Below are positions 1-7,726 of a stretch of DNA of 64,000 nucleotides, in pieces. Every line of letters starts with the position of its first letter. Positions within the stretch are counted from its first letter, which is position 1. Under the pieces are notes generated by a model. The model saw only the letters and a list, made by a program, of their open reading frames with translations. It was not told the origin of the DNA and did not search any database. The stretch is from contig OZ241889.1 in NCBI GenBank assembly GCA_965203355.1, positions 1,536,001 through 1,600,000 of the forward strand, in the 5' to 3' direction. The translations under genes were made by a program, and so were the position numbers. This DNA comes from Candidatus Latescibacterota bacterium (GTDB lineage Bacteria; Latescibacterota; UBA2968; UBA8231).

Positions 1-1710
1 CTGGTGGTCGTGTACGCGATGATGGTCGTGGCGTCGGCGATTCCCACGTGGGGATTGGTGACGAACCTGTGCCACATCCTCACCCGCCCGTTCTACTACG
101 CCACGCCAGAAAATCGCTGGACCGAGCTGATTCAACCGCTGATTCCCGCTTGGCTCGCGCCGGACGAACCTGAAGCCGCGCGTTTCTTCTACGAAGGACT
201 GCCCGCGGGGATGGGCATTCCGTGGGGGGCTTGGCTGGTGCCGCTTATGGCGTGGGGCAGCGCGATGCTGGCGGTCTATCTGCTGATGATCGCCACGATG
301 GTCGTCTTCCGGCGGCCTTGGGTCGAACAGGAGCGGCTGGTCTTTCCGCTGGCGCAGGTGCCCTTGGAAATGCTGCGCGGCAACGACGAGGGCATTTTCC
401 CACAGTTGTTTCGCAATCCGCTGATGTGGGTCGGGTTTGCGCTGCCCTTTGCCATCCAAATGTTGGACGGGCTGAACCACTACTTCTTTTACGTGCCCGA
501 GGTGCGGCTGGTGTTCGATCCGCTGATGCTGTTCCGCGATAGCGTACGGCTGCACATCTTCGTCAACTTCGCCATTATTGGCGTGGCGTACTTCCTCAAC
601 CTCAACGTGGCCTTCTCGGTGTGGTTTTTCCACTTGTTGAGCCGCTGCCAGACCGGGGTTTTCAACGTCATCGGCTTTGAGGTCAAAGGGCACAATGAGG
701 CACTGACGGGTTCTTCGGTGGCCCTGTCGCACCAAGGGATGGGGGCGATGCTGGTGCTAGTGGGGGCGATTTTGTGGACGGCGCGAGGTCACTTGCGCCA
801 AGTGTTCAGCGCGGCGTTTAAGCGCGGGGTCCAAGCCGACGATGGCGACGAGATTCTCTCGTACCGGGTGGCCGTGTGGCTGTGGATTGTCTGCGCGGCT
901 TACTTCCTCGGTTGGCTGATGCTGAGCGGGGTGCCGGTGGTGGCTGCGGTGGTATTTTTCGGCGGGGCGTTTGTCATTTTCTTGGCCATTGCGCGGGTCA
1001 TTGCCCAAGGTGGCGTGGGCTTCACCTCTTCGACGATGCTGCCGCAGCCCTTTGCGGTCTATACCTTGGGCACGGATGTCATCGGCTGGAAGGGGCTGGC
1101 GTCGATTAGCCTGAGTTATTCGTGGGCCGCTGAAATGCGTACCACGGTCATGGCTTCCACGGCCAACGCGCTCAAGCTGGCGCACGGGCATGGGGCCAAT
1201 CACCGCCGCCTGTTCTGGGGGCTGGTTATTGCGGTCGTCATCGGCATGATGGGGGCTTTCTGGATCACGCTCTATTTGAACTACACGCACGGCGGGATCA
1301 ATCTGCGCCAGTTCGGGGTGCCGACGCTGGCCTATCGCTTTTTGGAGGACAAGATTCACAATCCCGTCGGCTGGGATCACGTCCGTCCTCGGCTGCTGTT
1401 TACGGGTGTGGGCGCGGCCTTAATGGGCGGGCTGATTTACATGCAGCATCACTTTCCGTGGTGGCCGTTGCACTACATCGGGCTGCCGGTGAGCGACAGT
1501 TGGGTCATGGGGGTGGCGTGGTTTTCGGTGTTTTTGGGCTGGTTGGGCAAGGCCGTGGTCTTCAAGTTCACAGGTACGCGCGGCTACCGCGCCTACAAGC
1601 CTTTCTTCGCCGGGCTGATCGCCGGGCAGCTTTTAGGGGCGGCACTGTGGATGGTGATCGACTTTTGCCTGGGCGAGGTGGGGAATGTGGTGTACGTGGG
1701 GGTGCGATGA
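1..1710 (+). CDS. DUF6785/DUF6784-family multi-pass membrane protein (putative peptide-transporter-associated), 5' truncated by window edge
   Basis: 568-aa open frame with many TM segments; motifs 'RRPWVEQERLVFPLAQVP' and 'FPWWPLHYIG' typical of the family; paralog at 16525-18429. Confidence 0.75.
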   Translation: MVVVYAMMVVASAIPTWGLVTNLCHILTRPFYYATPENRWTELIQPLIPAWLAPDEPEAARFFYEGLPAGMGIPWGAWLVPLMAWGSAMLAVYLLMIATMVVFRRPWVEQERLVFPLAQVPLEMLRGNDEGIFPQLFRNPLMWVGFALPFAIQMLDGLNHYFFYVPEVRLVFDPLMLFRDSVRLHIFVNFAIIGVAYFLNLNVAFSVWFFHLLSRCQTGVFNVIGFEVKGHNEALTGSSVALSHQGMGAMLVLVGAILWTARGHLRQVFSAAFKRGVQADDGDEILSYRVAVWLWIVCAAYFLGWLMLSGVPVVAAVVFFGGAFVIFLAIARVIAQGGVGFTSSTMLPQPFAVYTLGTDVIGWKGLASISLSYSWAAEMRTTVMASTANALKLAHGHGANHRRLFWGLVIAVVIGMMGAFWITLYLNYTHGGINLRQFGVPTLAYRFLEDKIHNPVGWDHVRPRLLFTGVGAALMGGLIYMQHHFPWWPLHYIGLPVSDSWVMGVAWFSVFLGWLGKAVVFKFTGTRGYRAYKPFFAGLIAGQLLGAALWMVIDFCLGEVGNVVYVGVR

Positions 1711-1802
1711 ACGGCCGCGGCTCAGAGAAGTTAGATGCCCGCGTTACAGGGCAACCACCCAGAGGGCGATGAACGACCGCGACTCAGAGGATTTGGATGC
1801 CC
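1704..1802. repeat. Imperfect 37-bp direct repeat (1704-1740 / 1766-1802) at the junction of two convergent genes
   Basis: gcgatgaacggccgcggctcagagaagttagatgccc vs gcgatgaacgaccgcgactcagaggatttggatgccc, 32/37 identical. Confidence 0.8.
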
Positions 1803-2512
1803 CATTCAGCACACCGCGCTTTCACACGCGCAGCCGGTTCTAAGCTGATGAGGGCCCCTTCGACCGCTTTGTCGGGCTGCTGCCGCCGCACCAGTTCGAC
1901 CTTGTCGGCAAATCGATCCACCTCTTCGACCTTGCAGGCGGCCGACTTCACCTCAAAGACCAGCAGCGAACCGTTATCGATCAGAATATCGACTTCGTAG
2001 GTTCGTCCGGCCGGCCCGACTACCCCCTCCTCATCCGCTAGCTTCTGCCGCAGCCGTATGTTGTCGGCGGATAGGTCTTGCCGCTTCAGCCCAAAGCGCA
2101 ACGCCCCGGCCACCACGTCCTCCAACTTCCTACCGGCCCGCCGTTGGAATCCCCCGACCGTCAGATCGAGTTTATCGGTTCTATCTTTTATTTCGGCCGT
2201 CTGCTGTTTCATCTGCTCAAGCTGCTCATCGACTTTTTCAAATCGCTCATCAACTTTTTCAAATCGCTCATCGACTTTTTCAAACCGCTCATCGACTTTA
2301 TCAAACCGCTCGTTGACCTCCGAGCGGAATTGACCCAATTCGCCGCGGAGGGCATGTAACTCAGCGAGCACGGTGGCCACTTCCTTTTTGGTGGCAAACG
2401 CTTCAATGAACGCCGTATAGGCGCGCTGCTCCAACGCCGGGTGCCGTTTGAGCAGGGCCGGCAATTGCTTTTCGAGCGTCTCCAATAATTCTTCATCCGT
2501 TAAAAGAGCCAT
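1784..2512 (-). CDS. DUF3782-like coiled-coil protein with C-terminal PD-(D/E)XK nuclease domain
   Basis: ATG at 2512 with AGGAGG RBS; heptad repeats (FEKVDER)n; 'EVDILID...VFEVKS' nuclease motif. Confidence 0.75.
   Translation of the reverse strand: MALLTDEELLETLEKQLPALLKRHPALEQRAYTAFIEAFATKKEVATVLAELHALRGELGQFRSEVNERFDKVDERFEKVDERFEKVDERFEKVDEQLEQMKQQTAEIKDRTDKLDLTVGGFQRRAGRKLEDVVAGALRFGLKRQDLSADNIRLRQKLADEEGVVGPAGRTYEVDILIDNGSLLVFEVKSAACKVEEVDRFADKVELVRRQQPDKAVEGALISLEPAARVKARCAEWGIQIL
2224..2317. repeat. 21-bp tandem repeat (~4.5 copies) encoding coiled-coil heptads
   Basis: gctcatcgactttttcaaatc units starting at 2224, 2245, 2266, 2287, partial at 2308. Confidence 0.9.
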
Positions 2513-2670
2513 ATTCTTCCTCCTCAATCTCAATATAGTATTTACGAATAGCATATAACCCGTGCAAGGGGTTGACGCCCATTGTGTATCCACGATTGAC
2601 GCATCCCGCGGATAGTTTCTATATATCTCAACATCCCACAGCAAAACCAATGCAAAGGAGTACAATTCTT

Positions 2671-3759
2671 ATGAGCGACAAAATGTACCGAGCAGCGGCC
2701 ATCGGCCGGACCGGACGAGGCGACTGGGGACACGGGTTGCACTTAGGTTTGAAGAACCATCCGCGCATTGAGGTGGTGGCGGTCGCCGATGAGGACGCGC
2801 AAGAAAGGCAGGCTAAACAGGAGGAATTGGCCTCTCCCCGCGCTTATGCCGACTGGCGCGAGATGCTAGCGGTTGAGCAGCCGGAGGTGGTGACGGTTGG
2901 CCCGCGCTGGACCGACTGTCACTTAGAGATGGTACTGGCCTGTTTGGAGGTGGGAGCGCACGTATACTGCGAAAAACCCATGACGTGGAACCTGGCCGAT
3001 GGCGACCAAATTGTGGCTAAGGCCGAGGCGACCAAGCGCAAGGTAGCGGTGGCGCATCAGGGAGCGTATCTACCGCGCATCCGGCACGTCAAGGAGGTAC
3101 TGACGCAGGGGCGGATCGGCGCGGTGCAGGCCATTCGCGCCCACGGCAAACAAGATTGGCGCGGCGGTGGCGAGGACATGATCGTGTTGGGGACGCACCT
3201 GTTCAATATGATGCGCTTGTTTGTCGGCGACGTGGCGTGGATGACGGCGCACGTCGCGCACGAAGGGCGTGCGCTAAAAATCGAAGATGTGCGCGAGGCG
3301 ACCGAGCCGGTGGGACCGGTCGCCGGCGATTGCATCAACAGCTATTTCGCCTTTGAGAGCGGCGTGGCCGGCTTTTTTGATTCGCGGAAATACGCCGAGG
3401 ATGGGGGGGCGCGGATGGGCCTGGCGATCGAGGGTAGCGAAGGCGTGATCGCGCTGCGCGGCGGCGGCAATGGTCCGGCCATGCTCTATCCGCATCCGGT
3501 GTTTGACCCGACCGATGCGCGTCAGCAGTGGGTCTCCTTAGACGCGGGGGCGGACGAATCCCTGAGCACGGGCAACGACTTGGCGGTCGCCGATTTGCTC
3601 GACGCGGCCGAAACAGACCGCGAGCCGTTGTCCAGTGCGCGCGACGCGGTGGCGGCTTTGGAGATGATCTTGGGGGCCTACGAGGCGGAGATTACCGGGG
3701 GGCGGGTGGCCTTCCCCATGCAGCGGCGAGAGCATCCGTTGATCGCTTGGCGGGCTTAG
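2671..3759 (+). CDS. Gfo/Idh/MocA family oxidoreductase
   Basis: Rossmann-like 'AAAIGRTGRG', 'HVYCEKPM' signature; AAGGAG upstream of ATG 2671. Confidence 0.9.
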   Translation: MSDKMYRAAAIGRTGRGDWGHGLHLGLKNHPRIEVVAVADEDAQERQAKQEELASPRAYADWREMLAVEQPEVVTVGPRWTDCHLEMVLACLEVGAHVYCEKPMTWNLADGDQIVAKAEATKRKVAVAHQGAYLPRIRHVKEVLTQGRIGAVQAIRAHGKQDWRGGGEDMIVLGTHLFNMMRLFVGDVAWMTAHVAHEGRALKIEDVREATEPVGPVAGDCINSYFAFESGVAGFFDSRKYAEDGGARMGLAIEGSEGVIALRGGGNGPAMLYPHPVFDPTDARQQWVSLDAGADESLSTGNDLAVADLLDAAETDREPLSSARDAVAALEMILGAYEAEITGGRVAFPMQRREHPLIAWRA

Positions 3760-3777
3760 GTCGTCGTCTTCGTCAAA

Positions 3778-4116
3778 TTAGTGCGTTGCTTCGCTGATTT
3801 CAACGAGTGCCTCCTGTATTATCTTTAATGCGGCTGAGAGGGTCGTTAAAAGGATCATTTTCAAATGCGCGTTTGAACTATTGCCACAGGTAAGCCAAAT
3901 CACTTTTGGCGGCGGACCAAAACGCTCTAGCAAATCAATAAAATCCCGATCCTTGGTCATCACAATTGCGTTCGCCTCTCGCGCTCGATGAAAAACATCA
4001 GGATCCTTCGTCTTCCCAAGTTCCATATCGCGCAGATGGAGTACCTCAATGCCAAATGTATCTTGAATCCAAGGGGAGAGTTTAGGGGAGATATGAACAT
4101 CCAGCCAAAGTATCAC
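3778..4116 (-). CDS. DUF5615 (PIN-like, VapC45-type) toxin
   Basis: 'WLDVHISP', 'AIVMTKDRDF', 'PPKVIWL.CGN' motifs; 4-nt overlap with upstream DUF433 gene. Confidence 0.85.
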   Translation of the reverse strand: MILWLDVHISPKLSPWIQDTFGIEVLHLRDMELGKTKDPDVFHRAREANAIVMTKDRDFIDLLERFGPPPKVIWLTCGNSSNAHLKMILLTTLSAALKIIQEALVEISEATH

Positions 4117-4337
4117 GCAGCAAGAACCGGATGGTTGAGCCGTTGACTGGCAAACCGCAGACAGGCGCGAATGTCTTCCAGTTCAAGGTCGGGATGCTCG
4201 TCCAAGATCTGTTCGCTACTTAGGCCATGGGCGAGCAAGTCCAGCACATCGGTGACGCGAATGCGCATCCCTCGAATACAGGGCCGTCCCCCGCATTGCT
4301 CGGGATCTACCGTGATGCGATCTTGCAGAATGGTCAC
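4113..4337 (-). CDS. DUF433 family antitoxin (VapB45-like)
   Basis: 'ITVDPEQCGGRPCIRGMRIRVTDVLDLL' signature; AGGAGG RBS before GTG. Confidence 0.9.
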   Translation of the reverse strand: MTILQDRITVDPEQCGGRPCIRGMRIRVTDVLDLLAHGLSSEQILDEHPDLELEDIRACLRFASQRLNHPVLAA

Positions 4338-4443
4338 AGCGCACCTCCTTGGGCAAATTACGCGAGGATGATGTCGAGAATTTGCGTTACATCAACGATC
4401 CCGACAAGGACCACAACGGTTGGGGACGCCCGTGGGTCCCTAC

Positions 4444-4571
4444 CGGTCGCCGATTTGCGCGACGCGGTAGCGGCCTTGGGGGCCTACGAGGCGGAGATTA
4501 CCGGGGGGCGGGTGGCCTTCCCCATGCAGCGGCGAGAGCATCCGTTGATCGCTTGGCGGGCGGGGTGCTAG
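4444..4571 (+). pseudogene. Displaced duplicate of the oxidoreductase 3' end (copy of 3584-3755)
   Basis: 87 bp identical (4475-4561 = 3669-3755) plus upstream part carrying 42-bp and 12-bp deletions. Confidence 0.9.
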
Positions 4572-4719
4572 GCCGGAACCGACCCGAGTAGTTGATTTTT
4601 GTGCCTTGACGGGCTGGCCTGAATTTACTCTATTAACCATTTCTATGGCACACTTGTGCAAAACTTGCGGCAAGTGCGCTAGATTTTACTTCACCTCTAG
4701 CACGTTACAGGAGGCACTC

Positions 4720-7713
4720 ATGCACACTGAGAGGAGGGAGTGGCCGGTGGCCCTAGGCGCGGTGCTTTTTTGCGCCCTGCTGGCCTTGCCGGCGTTTGCT
4801 GGCAACGGCAAAATTGCTGGCGTAGTACAAGACGATTCCGGGCAAGCCTTGCCCGGAGCCAATGTGGTCGCCGAAGTGGGCGGCGAGCGAGTCGGCACCA
4901 CCGCCGATGAGATGGGGCGTTATTTCCTGCTCAACATTCCACCCGGCGCGTACTCGGTCGAAGCTAGTTACATAGGGCACCAAACGGTGCGCCAGACCTT
5001 GATCGAGGTCCGCTTGGACCTGACGACGACGGTCGATTTTGAGCTGAAGCCCGAGGCGATTGAAGGCGAGGCCATAACGGTGGTGGCCGAGGCACCGCTG
5101 GTCGAGCGCTCGCTGACGACGAGCCGGGCGACGATCGGCCGCGCCGAGCTCAACAACACCATGCCAGTGGCCGACTTGCAGGACTTGATCAACACGACGC
5201 CGAGCGTGTTTCGCGGCTATATCCGCGGCGGGCGCAAGGCCGAGGCCAAGGTGCTCGTCGATGGGATTGACGTGTCGGATACGTATTTCCGCGCCGGCGA
5301 AGGCTTGGTGACTTGGAATCCCTATGTCGATGTCAATCGCACCTCGGATGGCGAGTTCACCGCGGTCGGCGTCAACGCCAGCAACGTGCAGTCGCTGGAT
5401 ATTATCGCCGGGACCTTCAACGCCGAGTACGACGCGGCCAGCGCGGGCATCGTCAACGTGGTAACGCGCGAAGGCGGCGATGAGTTAGAGGGGCGGCTGT
5501 TTGTCCGCCGCGGCGTGGGCGGCTACAAAAATGCCGGGCCGGATGTCTATGAGGCGCAGGTCAAGCACCCAGATGGGTCTCTTTCCGATACGACCTATTT
5601 CGACCGCTACCTACAGTCGCGCGAAGCCTTGCTGGCCTCCGAGGACGAGGCCGACAAGGCCAAGGCCGAGAATTACTACATTTTCGACCCCAAGCAAATC
5701 ACCTATGGCGACAATCCCTCTACCGAGATGGAGTTTTCGCTGGGCGGCAAACTGTTGCCGCGCACCAATTTCTACTTGACCACGCGCTATCTCAACGACG
5801 AGGGACTCTTCCCCAACATGCTCAACCGCTCGCAGCGCTATTCGCTCAAGCTGACGCATCGGCTCAGCCAAAATGTCAAGCTGACCGGCAAAGCGATGAT
5901 CGACGATGGCGGTGAGTTGGGAGGTTGGGTCAATCGCAACTTCAGCGGCCGCTACGCCTATTTCCCCGAGGGAGCCTTGGGCAACAAGAAGTTGGGGACG
6001 ATGGCCTATGTGGGGATGAACCACTCGCTTTCCAACAACACCTTCTACGAGATCAAGCTCTCGCAAGTCTCGCGCATGAGCACATTCGGCTACTCGGACG
6101 ACAACGGCGACGGCATCGTCGAGCCCGACGAGAATGGCGATTTCATCTTCATCGATAGCGCCGAAGAGTCGGAAAAGTACCTAGGCGTTGACGGCTCTGG
6201 GGCCGACGCCGACGGCAACTTTACCTTTTTTACCACCAACCCCGGCAATTCGCGCAACTTCGACCTGCCCTTTGGCGACAATCAGTACCGCTTGGCGCAG
6301 GCCGGCTTCTACTTTGAAGAGCTCAAGCGCGACGTGATGCAGCTCAAGGCCGACATCACCCATCAGTACAACTATCACCACCAGATCAAGGCCGGTCTGC
6401 TGTTCCGCAGCCACGCGGTCTCGAAGCTCATGCAGCGGACGCAGATTACGGTGGGCTATTCCAACCTGCCGTACGAGATTTCCGACTACGAGCGCAATCC
6501 GAGCGAACTGGCCTTTTACGTGCAGGACAAAATTGAGTACGAAGGCATCATCATCAATGCCGGCTTGCGGCTCGACAGCTTCGACGCGGACGCCGAGCAA
6601 CTCGCCGACTTTTTCCGTCCGTCCGAAGAAGCCGAATACACCTATGAAAGCGGCGAGAACCACACTTACCGCCGCCCGATTCGCAGTGGGGCGGTTGAAA
6701 CGCGCTGGTACTTACAGCCGCGGCTGGGGATCTCGCATCCGATCAGCGAGCAGGCTGCCATGCACTATTCGTGGGGCAAGTTCTACTCGCCGCCGTCGTT
6801 TTCGTATCTCTATGAAGACTACGACAGTTTCACCAACCCAGCGTGGCCGAATGTGCCCGATGTCGAGGCCGATCCGACGACGGCCACGGCGTACGAGATG
6901 GGCTTGCAGTACAGCTTCGCGCCCGAATACTTGTTCGACGTTACGGCCTATTACCGCGACATCGAGAACTACGGGCGGCTCGGCTTTACCATCAGCCCGG
7001 CCGACGCTGGTTTTGCCAACTACAGTCTCAACACCAGCGGCGGATATGCCGACAGCCGCGGCATTGAGTTTGGGATAGAGCGCCGGTCGCAGAGCAGGAT
7101 CAACGGGCGCGTCAACTACGCATACAGCTATATCAAGGCATCGCGCAACGGCAACAACTCGACGCCTTTCCCAGACAAGAATTCGTTTTCGGTCCAAGCC
7201 GCAACCGATGTCCAAGCCTTGGATACGGCACTGGACAACAAGGAGCGGTTCAATACCTACGAGGCCAATGTCAACGGCGGCGGCAATCCGCTGGTCACCG
7301 GCTACGACCGAGCCCACCGCATCGCCTTCACCCTGCTGGCCGAATTGCCAGCAGAGATCGGTTTGACCTTGATCTCGACGGCGGAGAGCGGCTTCAACTA
7401 CAATGTAACGGCCACCACGGACGATCCGCGCGAGCGCGAGACCTCGCAGGCTCCGTGGAACATGCGCACGGACCTGCGCCTCCATCGCAGCCTTGCGTTG
7501 GGTGGCTGGTCGCTAGGGGCTTTCTTTGAGGTGCGCAATGTTTTCGACCGCGAGAATATCCTGACGTGGGACAATCGCAACATCCGTTCCACTTCCCAGT
7601 GGGAGGAACAGGGAGACCCGACGGGCGATCTCAATCGGGCCTTTACCAGCCAGAGTCAGGCGATTTACGATACCCCGCGCATGGCCAATTTCGGCGTCAC
7701 CGTGGATTTCTAG
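4720..7713 (+). CDS. TonB-dependent receptor with N-terminal carboxypeptidase-regulatory-like domain
   Basis: Signal peptide, 'GKIAGVV...LPGANV', plug 'IRGGR...VLVDGI', 'INAGLRLD', C-terminal Phe; ATG 4720 after AGGAGG. Confidence 0.9.
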   Translation: MHTERREWPVALGAVLFCALLALPAFAGNGKIAGVVQDDSGQALPGANVVAEVGGERVGTTADEMGRYFLLNIPPGAYSVEASYIGHQTVRQTLIEVRLDLTTTVDFELKPEAIEGEAITVVAEAPLVERSLTTSRATIGRAELNNTMPVADLQDLINTTPSVFRGYIRGGRKAEAKVLVDGIDVSDTYFRAGEGLVTWNPYVDVNRTSDGEFTAVGVNASNVQSLDIIAGTFNAEYDAASAGIVNVVTREGGDELEGRLFVRRGVGGYKNAGPDVYEAQVKHPDGSLSDTTYFDRYLQSREALLASEDEADKAKAENYYIFDPKQITYGDNPSTEMEFSLGGKLLPRTNFYLTTRYLNDEGLFPNMLNRSQRYSLKLTHRLSQNVKLTGKAMIDDGGELGGWVNRNFSGRYAYFPEGALGNKKLGTMAYVGMNHSLSNNTFYEIKLSQVSRMSTFGYSDDNGDGIVEPDENGDFIFIDSAEESEKYLGVDGSGADADGNFTFFTTNPGNSRNFDLPFGDNQYRLAQAGFYFEELKRDVMQLKADITHQYNYHHQIKAGLLFRSHAVSKLMQRTQITVGYSNLPYEISDYERNPSELAFYVQDKIEYEGIIINAGLRLDSFDADAEQLADFFRPSEEAEYTYESGENHTYRRPIRSGAVETRWYLQPRLGISHPISEQAAMHYSWGKFYSPPSFSYLYEDYDSFTNPAWPNVPDVEADPTTATAYEMGLQYSFAPEYLFDVTAYYRDIENYGRLGFTISPADAGFANYSLNTSGGYADSRGIEFGIERRSQSRINGRVNYAYSYIKASRNGNNSTPFPDKNSFSVQAATDVQALDTALDNKERFNTYEANVNGGGNPLVTGYDRAHRIAFTLLAELPAEIGLTLISTAESGFNYNVTATTDDPRERETSQAPWNMRTDLRLHRSLALGGWSLGAFFEVRNVFDRENILTWDNRNIRSTSQWEEQGDPTGDLNRAFTSQSQAIYDTPRMANFGVTVDF

Positions 7714-7726
7714 GAGGAATAGCAAG

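Noticed and set aside
3584-4571. Duplicated gene ends as DGR template/variable repeats
   Set aside because: No reverse transcriptase in the window, and differences are mostly deletions and mixed substitutions rather than adenine-specific changes.
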